A DNA stretch of 64,000 nt from Octopus sinensis (taxonomy: Eukaryota). A model generated the notes under the pieces. The model saw only the letters and a program-made list of their open reading frames with translations, was not told where the DNA came from and ran no database searches. The stretch covers positions 22,196,001-22,260,000 of the forward strand of contig NC_043010.1 in assembly GCF_006345805.1 (NCBI RefSeq). Direction: 5' to 3'. A program made the position numbers and the translations under genes. This document shows, in pieces, positions 22,141 to 34,965 of this stretch (positions are counted from its first letter, which is position 1; each line of letters begins with the position of its first letter).

Positions 22141-24594
22141 ATTTTAATGATATGACAGAGAAAGGAGATTTTTAGATTAGTCATAATACGTGCAAACACT
22201 GAATTATTAGTATTCATAAATGGGAAGGACAGATTTAAATTTGAAGAGAAAAAGACCGTGTAACATGCCTGCCTTGTTCAAGAGTGTTAGAAACTTACAT
22301 CATGTGAATTGGTTTCTAATGAGAACAGAATCGAAATCAAGTTCTCTTGGTACTGGTTTACACATTCTCTACCGCTGACGCTATGATACAAAAAAAGACT
22401 CATTTAAATATTGGTCTATTTCGGTGGCATCAACATGGCTGAAACATTAGCTTCCTCAATTTAATTACTTCAAGAATTTAATTCCGCTTGAATTGCATAT
22501 GAATCGAATTCTCATCTCTTTTAATTCCTTTATAAAATAGTTCCATTGTTACGATAGCGGTTTAATAATGAACACAGCATCTTTGCTGAAGACTGAGTCT
22601 TCTACTGCAGTTAATCTCCTTTGGGTCGGGCGAGGATATCTGGTTTAGAATTTCGCTTCAAAACTACATGCTTTTCTTTTTATTCAGTCCAGCTGCACAC
22701 CACATCGGCGAAGTGTCTTCTACCATAAACATGGATGAATTGCAGATTTGTGAGTAAGAGTCGAGAAATGGAGACTGTTATGAAGCAAATTGGAAAGATC
22801 GTTTCTGTTCTTGCTTGGTAAACTACCTGATCCCTTGGAGATTTCAGCAAGAGACACTCTTGGAAATAAGACTAACCATCTAAGTATGCGTCCCTATCGT
22901 TTTGTAATTCCTGAAAATATATAGAGACCCCTTACTCCTGTTGCTAAGTTAAGTAACATATAATTGTGTGCTGTGTGTGTGCGTTTCTCTGTGTATGTGG
23001 GGTTGTGTATATGTATGTATGTATGTCTGCATGTATGTATGTATACACTCCATTTCTTACTTATTCACTTATATTTTCTCTTTAGACGGTGAACTTTTCC
23101 ATATGCGCAAATGTTTTCACAAATGAAATTGCACTTCACATTTGAAGCTCTGATGCAGCTCTTGGGTGATACACAAGCACACAACTATGAGTGCATTGCA
23201 CCTTGTAACAGAAACAACTGTAAACTACTGATGTCCATTACATAACTTCTTGTTCCCTTTTCATTGATATATATGTATATATATGAGTATGAGTGTGTGT
23301 GTGTGTGTGTGTGTATGTGTGTGTGTGTGCACAATACACAATACACAGGCGTTATTACCGTTATACCAGGATTTTAAAACTACATAAAAAGTATAAATTG
23401 TTTGAACCAGAGAGTAAAACAGATGAAATAATATATCTACGAATTTACGAATAAAGTAATTTGCACTCAGACCCTGCAGCTAAATCAAGTGTCTAACATC
23501 TTTCACTCGAGTTTGTTGACTTATTAGAATGCAATATATTTATTCCAACCATTAGTGCGATAAATACACTTAGCCGTTTGACCTTGCTGGTAAGCTCCAT
23601 ACTTCAACTGGCAATCGCATATATTGTCTTCACAAACAGTTCATAAAGTTGAATAAGTTTTTCTCTTCAATTTGATGGAAATCAATATTAAACTATTTTG
23701 TGTGTGAGTCGGGGATAATTTTCCTGCAACAGTTTCGGATTCAATCCTTTATTTGAAATCTCTTCTGTTCTGTGCATATTCCGTAGGCCAGAAATGCACT
23801 TTGAAGATCAATTATCGACGCATGTTGCATTGTTGCCATCGATTTCTTCCATTTCAAAATGGAGATTTGGTCTTGAAATTGTTTTGAATAAAAGTCCTTT
23901 CAAAAAGAAGCAGACGCGGGTTTTTGAAGCAAAATGTTTTGTTTGCAATTTTACTTTTTCAAGCTGACGATTTGCAGTTGCGATCGGAATGTGTGCATTT
24001 ATGTGAGCCTGTGTATGTGTGTGTGCGTGTGTGCATGTGTGTGTGTGGGGATGCGTGTGTGTGTGCGTGTGTGCGCGCGCGTCTGTGTGTGTGAGGGTGC
24101 GTGGGTGTGTGCGCGTGTGTGACTGCGTATGTGTGCGTGTGCGCTGTGTGTAGGTGTACGCGTGTGCTTTTAACTTCGCTTCTTATTAAATTAAGAGATT
24201 TTTGTTCAATTATCGTACAATTGATTGAATTTTTTTCAAATCACCCGCATCCAGCAGTGTGATTGCTAAGTACTTGCAGTTTTCTTGTAGTTCAGTGGAC
24301 AAGACAGAACTATCCTCTCCCTCCTGGATGGTACGAAGTACACCTATTTCATAGAAATACTTGCTGTCAGGACAAGAAAAATATCCCATTTATAACTCCT
24401 GGAAGGAATTATATTCGAGATTGCACCAGTAAATGAAGCAATGACCAATTAAATGGGGTCACACCACAGCGGATACAAAACAGCATTCTGGACCGCTGTG
24501 ATTGAGTCCTTCACACATATCATAAATCATATTTCATCCACTCCTAATCCTGTCTAAATCTCGGATGGTCTGCAAATAAATACTATATGCGCTC

Positions 24595-24990
24595 ATTTAG
24601 TCTTAGATGCCCTAAAAATACTATAAGCACTGCTGCAACCTAGGAAACCCTCCAAGGGCTAGAGGCTCTATCCCAACCTCAAGTGCCCTATAAAAACCGT
24701 AAGCCTTAACATAGTCTCGGATGCGTCGCAAAGACGATAAGCGTTGTCTCAGTGTTGGACGCCTTGCAAAGACTATAATCACTGTCCAAATCAGGGACAC
24801 CCTGCAAAGGTCATAGGCTCTGGCCCTTCCTCATGTACTCTATAAAAACCGTAAGCCTAGTCCCAGTCATGAATGCGTTACAAAGACCATAAGCACTACC
24901 CCAGTCCCAGATGCCTTGCAAAGAATAAGACCCCTCCAAAGACCAAGTGAGCTGGATGACCTAAAAGACCATATGTGCTGTCTTTCTTGT
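24595..24990. repeat. Degenerate ~38-bp minisatellite with a 152-bp higher-order repeat
   Basis: Recurrent GCC(T/C)TGCAAAGAC..TAAGCACT..CCAGTC..GAT units; CTATAAAAACCGTAAGCCT at 24688 and 24840 (152 = 4 x 38). Confidence 0.7.
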
Positions 24991-26049
24991 CTAACTAAAA
25001 TGTAACACCTATCAGGAAATATAGCCTCGTAGAAGAGAATCTGTCGACCATTCCTCAGTTAAGTCTCCGAGAGACCACGCTGTCCATTCGGCCACTCCAC
25101 CACTTGTCCTTTCAAGTTACTGTTCTTTTTTCCAGCGAATAATATTGTCTGTCTTCCTTCAGACATCATTTTATGAAACTTTACTGAGATTTCCTTTGAT
25201 CATTAACTATATCCAATATAACATATATTGAATGTAACCACTTGAGACACTTTAAGTAGACTTGACAACAGTTTTTTTTACTTTTTTATTTCCCTATTCT
25301 TATTTTTTTCCCCATTATCGCGACTAAACATCTCAGTGTTGATTATACGAATACAATAACTTAACTCTTATGCTATGGTGAGACGCACACCAAACACTCG
25401 TCAATCCAGCTCAGCTCCTTCTGCTGTTGCTACGACAAAAACCTACGGGATGAAGAAACAAAATGAACGATGTGACGATAAAAGTAGAAGCATACTTCAT
25501 AACGTTTATTGCTGAATGCTCTTTGGAGACAGAATCGTCGGTGTTCAGCTTGAATCAATAACTACCATGAAGCAGTTGGCAATTCCATTACTATACACAG
25601 GCAAGCACACACACATACAAGCATGCTAACACATGCAGTACGCACAAACACACACACACACACACACACACACCGTAGCGCGAACACGCTATCTTTAAGA
25701 TAGCGTGTTTGTCGATGTGATATCAAGGCATTAAGAATTCAATTTGAAAGTTCATCAACAAACTGAAACGGACATTTTGGTCTTTGATTTGAGGCGAGGG
25801 ATAACTATGGACATTTGCTACGGTTTGTTAGACCACGTCAGTTTAGTATCGTCTAAAAATGTTACGAATAATTTTTGGTTGAGATGATTTGCATAATTAC
25901 TGATAAAATTAAATGAAACGATAGGATGAGTTGGATAATTAATTTAAAGGATTAATGGGGGCGAGATTATCATGCACTTACAGTACCTGCTTAATGGGAC
26001 GGACAGGGAGCTAAACAACAACCATTATCCTCCACCTCTTCATCCACTC

Positions 26050-26095
26050 CTTCCTACTACTACTGATGATGATGATGATGATGATGATGTTGTAG

Positions 26096-26131
<36 letters not shown>

Positions 26132-26216
26132 TTACTGTTGCTGCTGCCGCCACTGAGCTACTGCTACTACTACTACTACTACTACTAGTAATAATAATAA
26201 TAATAATAATAATAAT
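26050..26216. repeat. Compound triplet microsatellite (GAT)n-(CTA)n-(TAA)n
   Basis: Direct reading; the (TAA)n end abuts the R4/Dong fragment. Confidence 0.95.
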
Positions 26217-26668
26217 ATGCCGATACACACAGATAGAGAAATTAAGGCCAAAACACCAGATATTGTTGTCAGAGATCATGAAGGAAAAAAATGCTTTCTA
26301 ATTGATGTATCAATACCAGCAGATGACAACGTTTCTCTAAAAGAAATGGAGAAACTTTCAAAATACAAAGACCTAGAAATAGAGGTAACTCGAATGTGGG
26401 ATCTAAAAACAGAAACAATCCCTATCATAGTAGGCGCATTAGGTATAATAAAAAAAATATTCAGACAAATACGTAACAAAAACATCAGGACTTACAAATA
26501 TATATAACATACAGAAAATTGCACTATTAGGCCCTGCACACATCCTACGCAAAACACTTTCAATACAGTAACCGTCAGAGCACCACAACAAATCACAACA
26601 CATACCCAAGGCACACAGAGCTGCGCTCGGTAGTGAAATAAAAGCACGTGATAAAATAAAACTACTGA
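26217..26668 (+). mobile_element. 5'-truncated R4/Dong-type element, fourth lineage
   Basis: MPIHTDREIKAKTPDIVVRD...CFLIDVSIPADDN...EKLSKYKDLEIE..MWDLKTETIPIIVGALG; (AAT)n on both sides; same family as 63174-63717. Confidence 0.92.
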
Positions 26669-26759
26669 ATAATAATCATAATTAAAATGCCCTGATGCAG
26701 TACCAGGCAGTGTTGATGTTCGCTAGTTGTATCAACCATTAAGTACCGTTATCTGTTGC

Positions 26760-26793
26760 TGCTACAGTAGTAGTAGTGGTAGTGGTAGTAGTG

Positions 26794-26848
<55 letters not shown>

Positions 26849-27500
26849 AAAGAGGAGGAGGAGGAGGGGGAAAGTAGTAGGAGTAGTAGTTGTTTTCGTT
26901 ATTCGCATTCTTCTTGCTCTTCTTCATCTCATCAACTCCCGAAGGACAAATGGAATGATCCTACCACTTCACGGACAATCATTGTTTCTGCTGTTCTCGC
27001 TACTAAATCCGTCGGTGGTGGTGTTTATTATTATTGCTGTTGCTGCGGTTGTTGTCCTTGTTGTTGTTTGTAACATCGACGCTTTTATTTTGGGCGAGTA
27101 TTATTTTTTGTGAACTCCTATACTTGACAGCAAGTCTCTTCAAATTTGTTGTACTTGCTATTATTACGATTATTGTTGTAATTACGATTATTACTATTAT
27201 CACTGTTCTTGCTGTTATTACTGTTCCTCCTGCTATAAATATTTCTACTGTAATAACTGCTGTTGATCTTATTGCTGCTATTATCGTTATTGCTGTTATT
27301 TTGCTGCTTCAGTTATTACCGTTATGGCTGTTATTGTTTTCGTTTCTGTTATTACTCTTATTGCTGTCAACTCTGTTATTTCTGCTATTGTTGTCATTTA
27401 GGTCATTGCTATTAATGATTTTGCTGCTGTTATTTCTCTTATGGCTGTTATTACAGATACTGCTGCCGATTTCTGTTGCTCCTACTTCTCTTATAATTAC
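26760..27500. repeat. (GTA)n tract and degenerate (GTT/ATT/GCT)n low-complexity region
   Basis: Direct reading. Confidence 0.85.
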
Positions 27501-27503
27501 TAC

Positions 27504-27905
27504 TGGCAAGCTTACAGAATGGTTAGCGCACTAGACGAAATACTTAGCGGTATTTCGTCGGCCGCTGCGTTCTGAGTTCAAATTCGGCCAAGATCGACTT
27601 TGCCTTTCATCCTTTCGGGGTCGATTAAATGAGTACCGGTTACGCACTGGGGTCGATATAATCGACTTAATCCGTTTGTCCTTGTTTGTCCTTTCTGTGT
27701 TTAGCCCCTTGTGGGTGGTAAAGAAATAGGTATTTCGTCTGCCGTTACGTCCTTGTGGGCAATAAAGAAATAAGAATCGTTAGCATTCGCCTGTCACTCC
27801 GCTCCGAGTTCAAATACCGACTCCTTTCGGAGTTGATGAATCAAAAGTACCAGTGAATCACTGGCGTCAATGTGATCGACTTTCCTCTGCCCCCAAATTT
27901 CAGAA
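27504..27905 (+). mobile_element. SINE family B, compound copy with internal re-starts
   Basis: Head, GCCTTTCATCCTTTCGGGGTCGAT core and tail, then a restart at GGTATTTCGTCTGCCG and a second degenerate unit. Confidence 0.85.
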
Positions 27906-28319
27906 AAGATTATATTAAGTGCTGTTCTTGGTACTAACTTTCCAGGTTGACGCCATTGCTGCTGCTGCTGTTGTTAATGGTGTTGTTGTTGTAGCACTTG
28001 TCATAGTTGTTGATATCTCTTGCTTGTTTACATCGCTTGTTTCTTTCTTTCTTTCTTACTCGTCGCCATCGTTGCAACTCTGCAGTGTAGCAGTCAGTAT
28101 GCGAGTGTCTACAGAGACAATCAACCACGTTCTACGACGACGTGACTCACGTTTGACGTTATGGGTGTTTATTGAATTAGCGCCAAATTGGAACAAAACC
28201 AACATGTCAGAACATCATCGTGGAGAGGAGGACGAAGAGGAGGGGAGTCAGAATAATAGAGAGGGGGGTTAATAATCCAGCTATGGTAATAAGGTTTACA
28301 TAATAGTAAAATTCGTATA

Positions 28320-28468
28320 TGTTATTATGAATGTATGTGTGCGTGTATGTACGCATGTGTGTATGTGTGCATGCGTGTATGTATGTATGTATGCATGTAT
28401 GCATGCATGCATGTATTATGTATGCGTGTATGTGTGCGTGTATGTATGCGTGTATGTATCTACGCGTG

Positions 28469-28502
<34 letters not shown>

Positions 28503-28700
28503 TGTATGTATGTACGTACGTACGTATGTATGTATAGCTGGATGGATGGATGAATATATGTACGTATATATATATATACATGTGAGTGCGTGGTATGTGC
28601 ACATACATCTATGTATGCACACACACACGCACACATACACACACACACACACACACGCACACATACACACACACACACACACACACGCACACACATATAT
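28320..28700. repeat. (TATG)n/(TG)n/(CA)n microsatellites
   Basis: Direct reading. Confidence 0.9.
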
Positions 28701-28704
28701 AACT

Positions 28705-28976
28705 GTGGAGGCCTAGTGATTAGAGAAGCGGACTCGCGGTCGAGGAATCGCGGGTTCGTATCTCAGACCGGGCGATGTGTGTGATTATGAGCGAAACACA
28801 GTAGGTGATGGCGAAGTACTGCTTACTAATTCGCCTCAACGTTCATTCATTCTTCCTGCATCTTGCAGCTCACATGCGATGGACCTACGTCCCATCTAGG
28901 TGGGGAACGCCAAGGAAACCGGGAAACCGGCCCTTATGAGCCAGGCATGGCTTTAGAAGTAATAAGCAACAACAAC
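28705..28976 (+). mobile_element. SINE family C copy
   Basis: GGCCTAGTG..GACTCGCGGTCG..GGGTTCGTATCTCAGACCGGGCGATG; tail CCTTATGAGCCAGGCATGGC...(AAC)n; collinear with 6158-6413. Confidence 0.85.
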
Positions 28977-29004
28977 GACACACACACACACACACACATA
29001 TACA

Positions 29005-29046
<42 letters not shown>

Positions 29047-29124
29047 ATATATATATATATATATTATATATATATATATATATATATGTAACAGAAACGC
29101 AATAGAGTACAATAAAACATTCTC

Positions 29125-29290
29125 TCAGATAGACGATACAAGGCGGACAAGAGAAACAACAATTAGAAGGACGAGCAAAAAATGACGGGTCATTTGTGGT
29201 CTTCTTACATCAGTCAAGTCCCAGAAGTCACGACCGTTTTAGGCAGCTACACTTCTTATATATACCAAAGTAAGGACATGACAGAGAAAG
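29125..29290. mobile_element. Short repeat related to 10480-10970
   Basis: Shared AGATAGACGATACAA and GACGGGTCA...CAGTCAAGT..CAGA blocks. Confidence 0.45.
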
Positions 29291-29614
29291 ATGAGCAGAG
29301 AGGCATACACACACACACACACTCACACAGACAGACAGACAGACGGACATACACACACACACACACACACGCACACACGCATATATGAATATTAATGGAA
29401 TGTGGGAGTGTATGGAAAGACCACAAACAAGCATGGAACAGGTAAATGCCACAAATGGGACACCCCGAAACAAGGTGGAAGGCAAAGGAAATACGGCCAT
29501 CGTGTACTTAGGACAAACGGAATGAACTTCACAATACTAAAACTCAAGAGGAAATCATTAGTTGATAGAACCTTTATAGTATATAAAATTTCACCCAGAC
29601 GAAAATTAGGAATA

Positions 29615-29988
29615 GGTGCAGGCATGGGTGTGTGGTAAGATGTTTGCTTCTTAATCACGTGGTTCCAGGTTCAGTCCCCCTACATGGGAACTTGGGCAGG
29701 TGTCTTCTACTATAGCCTCGAGCCGACCAAAGCCTAGTGGGTGAATTTGATTGACAGAAATTATATACCTGCGTATGTCGTTGTATTTATGTTTGTCCCC
29801 TACCTTCGGTTGGCAGCCGATGTCAGTGTGTTTACGTCTCCGTAATTTAGCGATTCAGCAAACGAAACCGATAGAATAAGTAATAGGCTTACAAAAATGA
29901 TAAGTACCAGGATCGATTCATTCGATTAAAATTTCTTCAAGATGTTGCCCCAGCATGGCCTGAATAAAAAGATAAAAGAAGATAAAAG
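29615..29988 (+). mobile_element. SINE family A copy (diverged)
   Basis: GGTAAGA..TGCTTC...GGTTCAGTCCC...TTGGGCAGGTGTCTTCTACTATAGCCTCGAGCCGACCAAAGCC...CAGCATGGCC. Confidence 0.85.
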
Positions 29989-31656
29989 ACAATGATCGAA
30001 GCAAGAAATTACAGAGACATTATTCATTAATCACAAACAAAATAAGAACGCGACTGATGATCTATTAAAACTGTGGATCAAAATTCAAGTAGTCACGTGA
30101 TTCTTTATACAATCATATTATCCATTACTCTTTCTTACAGGAAAGAGTTTTAAAAATTTTCACGATGATGAGGTATTTGAAAGTTACGAAATATTGCTTT
30201 CGTATCGATAGACCGTATTCAGATTTAGTACAGCCAAACTCATACGTGCTCACTCAGACAGATTATTGTTCTCTAATATGTTAGGTATTATTTCCTCTCT
30301 TGTATTTCGAGAACTTCAAAAAGTTATGAACACAATTATTGTTTCTTCTCCATATATGAACAAAATATAAAATGACATGTTTTAAATGGTTTTAAAGTAG
30401 CAATAAAAAAAAGGCATATAAACTCACTAACGCACGTACAAGTACATGAATACCCATCTATATATACATACTATACATACACACATGTACATATGTTCAT
30501 ACGTTACTACATACACATAGGAACATACAAACATTGAAAGAGCTATTTAATTCTATTGTTACTAATAAAATACTAAAATAAAATTATCAAAACAAAGCGT
30601 GTGTTAGTCCTCTGGTAGAAAGAAAATGATGTAAGTGAAATAAGATGCTTAAGAAATCACAAAACAAATCTTATTTGAAGTCATGACAGGTTAGAAAACC
30701 CCATTAATGCTGGTTAAAAAAACATTATGTCAACCGATTCGAAGATAAATAAGTTGCTTGCAGTAATAAAAAGAAGGGGGAAAAATCAAATGAAATCAAC
30801 GTGATAAAGTCGATAATTTCTTGTAGTAATCTTCAGGCCAGTGAGTGCTGTTTAAAGAAACTAATCAATAACGGCCGAAAATATAATCAAGATGGAAGTA
30901 TCTAATCGAAGATGAATATTCCATCTTTATATAATGTATCAAATGAGGTGTGTGACAGTTTGAGATGAGATTAGCTTATTTTCAAAGAGCTAAACGTTCA
31001 ACGAAGCTAATAAGTCGTGTAAAAACGTGATGCCTAAGATATTATCACGTAATGTTAGGTGGAACAGCTGCTTCGGTGTGGGCATCTAAACATAGATTTC
31101 TACCGATTGGATATAGGAGACTGCAAAAATAATGGTACGGTGAAAACTTGGAATAGAAAATTCATTGATGTGGTTCGTTTCTCTCCATTAGAAAGAATAT
31201 TATGGTGAATGCAACTAGTCTGCGGTGGTGGGTTAGAAGCGGGCGGATAGAAATAAATTCGCTAAGCAGCGTGTAAAAGGATTTATTTAGTGGTATGAGA
31301 TGTAAAGACAATCGTTTGATAGATTCTTTTCCAATCAATTCTACCAGGTGACTCCGTCAGTAGGTTATCTCACCAACTAATGTTATGATAGTACTTGCCA
31401 AATTCTAAAACCAGTGGAATTGGAATTAGGTAAGTGCCTAGATTCAATGAAATATCTGTCATTCATAATAGTATCTTCCTACGTGCATCACAGCTTCTAC
31501 TTCCTTCACGTGACTATTCATTAATTAGTGATCGATGGAGACCATGACTTTCGCTACGGAGCTGATTGATTTATGCGCCAGGGAATGGATGATAAAACTG
31601 ATTCTGTCCGAGAAATAATGTCCACATGTAGTTTGCCATATTACTTTTGGCAAAGA

Positions 31657-32046
31657 CTGCGAGCTGGCAGAATCGTTAGCACGCCGAGCGAAATGCTTAG
31701 CGGTATTTCGTCTGTCGTTACGTTCTGAGTTCAAATTCCGCCGAGGTCGACTTTGCCTTTCATCCTTTCGGGGTCGATTAAATGAGTACCAGTTACGCAC
31801 TGGGGTCGATGTAATCGACTTAATCCCTTTGTCTGTCCTTGTTTGTCCCTCTGTGTTTAGCCCCTTATGGTTAGTAAGGAAATAGGTATTTCGTCTGTCT
31901 CTACGTTCTGGGTTCAGATTCCACCGAGGTCGACTTTGATTTTCATCCTTTCGGGGTCGATAAATTAAGTACCAGTTACCTACTGGGGTCGATCTAATTG
32001 ATTGCCCCCTCCCCTAAAATTTCGAGCATTGTCCCTAGAGTAGAAA
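31657..32046 (+). mobile_element. SINE family B, dimer-like copy
   Basis: Full unit followed by a second body restarting at GGTATTTCGTCTG (~31885) with an alternative tail CCCCTAAAATTTCG. Confidence 0.9.
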
Positions 32047-32288
32047 ACAATACTACTTTTTGTGCCGGCAGGCTGTTTTGTAGAGTTCGTAACTGGTTTC
32101 TTGACTTTTGTGATAAAGTTTTCTGATAAAGGTGCGCCATAACTGCTTCTTCTTAGCAAACTATTCCAAAGTTTCTGCGTCAACGATCAAAGATCCCAAT
32201 ATCATTTTCAGGTTATTCTGGTATTTCTTATAATTTTTTACCGTCACAGTGTTCCTCTCAAACTCGCCATGAAGAAGTTGCTTTCGTG

Positions 32289-32340
<52 letters not shown>

Positions 32341-32979
32341 ATATATACGTATTCACGGAGAAAATAAGAATGGTTCAGAGTATAAGAATCTTAACAACGA
32401 TGTATGTATTGATGGGAGATGGAGCACAAATGTCTCCGAGCCCTGCCTTGCACTTTTAATATCGAACGGTTTTCAGAATCACGTGATGTGAAACTGTTTC
32501 AGCCATCTGACATGTCTTCTTGAAACAAATGACGTGTCACAGGCAAAGAGACATTTGTACGACTGAGTGGCAGTCATTGTGCTTGGTAGCGATGACGATG
32601 CTTCCCCCATTGCTACCAAGCAATTGGCCGGTCAAAATGAACTCGGGAAATTAAAACGGGAAAGGGAACATACATATATTCATATATAAACACACACATA
32701 TACATACAGGCATACATACATGCATACATAGATATATACGTATGTACGTACGTATATACATACATGCATACATATGTATGTACGTATGTACATATATATG
32801 TATCTACCTATGTATGTACATACATATTTATGTACGTACGTAGATAGTATATATGTATGTTTGTGTGCGTGTAAGTATGTGTGTATTTATATGTGTGTGT
32901 CTATGTATGTATGCATGTATGTATATTTGAATGTATGTATGTATGTGTATATGTATATATATGAATGAATTATCGAAAC

Positions 32980-33202
32980 CCCAAAGAATTCCTCTCAATA
33001 TCCACCCCTACTGCTTCTACTCATGATCAGAGATGCATATATCGTCAGCCACTAAGGGACATGCTGAACTGGTTAAGGTTAAATAAATCTGTTGTACTGA
33101 GCAGAATATTTGCTGTAGCCCATCTTTTATACCAACACAAAACAATATACAGGGTTACACGTCCAATCACTTAAGATCAACAGCCCTGAGAGCCAGTGCC
33201 TG
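32980..33202. mobile_element. Partial inverted copy of the 13498-14053 element
   Basis: Reverse complement matches ~13515-13765 (GCAGAATATTTGCTGTAGCCCATCTTTTATACCAA); joined to (TAT)n. Confidence 0.8.
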
Positions 33203-33272
33203 TATTATTATTATTATTATTGCTTTTGTTGTTGTTACTATTATTATTATTGTTATTATCATTATTATTAAT

Positions 33273-33456
33273 GCGGTGGGCTGGCAGAATGGTTAACACG
33301 CCGGGTTAAGTGATTAGCAGCATATAGGTTTTCAGTTCAAATTTCGCCGAGGTCGACTATACATTTTATTCTTTCGGGGTCGATAAAATAAGCTCCACTT
33401 TAGCACTGTGTACCCCCTCCCTCGAAATTGCTTATCTCGTGCCAAAGTTTGAAACC
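33273..33456 (+). mobile_element. SINE family B copy (diverged)
   Basis: GCGGTGGGCTGGCAGAATGGTTAACACGCCGGG...GTTCAAATTTCGCCGAGGTCGAC...TTTCGGGGTCGATAAA. Confidence 0.8.
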
Positions 33457-33849
33457 ATTGCTATCTTATTTGAAATAGATTTCTCGGCACTTTCTAGCTG
33501 ATCTAACAATCATTTGTAGCCTCCCATGCTTCCTCTTCTGAAGAAAATTTATTGGAACTCAATAATATACGTGATAATTAGACATTTGATTATTAATCAT
33601 GGAGTAATATCTAAAACTGTAAATTTCATAATATTATGTTACATCTAAAATTGAAGATTTATTTTCATGTCAAGTAATCCGCCGAATGGACATATTAGTT
33701 TCTTGCAAAACTTGATTGGCCCAAATTGTAAATAATTCAATTTGAATATTCATAGCAACAACTATTTGCAATAAATGTTAAAAGCGATTGTGAAAACCAA
33801 AGCGGGATTATTTAATCGTTTTGGATGATGCCGCGTGAAGTTCGTTGCT

Positions 33850-34320
33850 TGCAGACTTTTATGTTGGCTTGTATGTATATATGGACACACACATATGCAC
33901 ACCATACACTCACACACATACACAACACAACACACACAGATATATATGTACATATGTATATATGTATGTATATATATATACATATACATATACATATAGA
34001 TGTACATACACATATATACGTGTGTGTATTATGTATGTATGTGTATATACATACATATATATATATATGTATATATACATATATACATATATATATGTAC
34101 CTATACATATATATATATGTATATATAGATATATATATGAATATATACATATATATGTATCAATACATATATATGTACATATATATATATATATGTACAT
34201 ATATATATATAATATATATATATATATAATATATATATATTATATATATTATATATAATATATATATATATATATATGTAAGTATGTATGTATGTATCTA
34301 TACTTATATGTATGTCTGCG
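33850..34320. repeat. (TA)n/(CA)n/(TATG)n microsatellite field
   Basis: Direct reading. Confidence 0.9.
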
Positions 34321-34756
34321 CGCATTGTGAAATAATATACCTGTTAGTCAGCTGTCGATATGTAGCATTAAAGTTTAGAGAAGTAACTCTTTGATAAATT
34401 GGAATGATCAAATTCTTCTAATGCCTGACTGTCTACAGATTTATATGAAAGAAGAATTAATGAATTGAAATGGCTAGGGTATATATAGCAGATTTAACGC
34501 TACTGTATAATCTCCCGTGGTTCCTCTTACGAAGAAAATATATTCGAACACAATAATATATATGACAATAAGACAGGTGTGTATGTGTGGTAAGGAAGGA
34601 TAAGAGCGCGAGCTACTAACCCCCAGACTGTAAGATCAATCCCAGGCAGGGACTTGAAAAATATCATCAACAGAGAAATAACATCAGCAACATACCTTAG
34701 GAATGAGGACAGTGCACCCCATTCTTTAAATAACGGTTGGATTCGAGATTCCACAA

Positions 34757-34801
34757 GAACACCTGATGAAAGCTGGAGAGTACATCAACCGGAACGTTGT
34801 G
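34757..34801 (+). ncRNA. Decayed Penelope-type minimal hammerhead ribozyme motif
   Basis: CAC-CTGATGA-A-AGCTG-GAGAGTACAT-CAACC-GGAAC-GTT-GTG: intact CUGAUGA, GAAA changed to GGAA, stem II mismatched, palindromic ACGT stem III, 3-bp stem I. Confidence 0.55.
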
Positions 34802-34851
34802 ATAAAAACAAACAAGATAGGGACACCTATCTGTACATTGTAAATAATGTG

Positions 34852-34889
<38 letters not shown>

Positions 34890-34896
34890 TAATGTG

Positions 34897-34965
<69 letters not shown>

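Noticed and set aside
24595-24990. CRISPR-like array
   Set aside because: Degenerate tandem monomers without unique spacers, eukaryotic context, no cas genes.
31348-31429. Exon with a strong donor TAG|gtaagt
   Set aside because: All three frames from the best acceptor contain stops; at most a non-coding exon.
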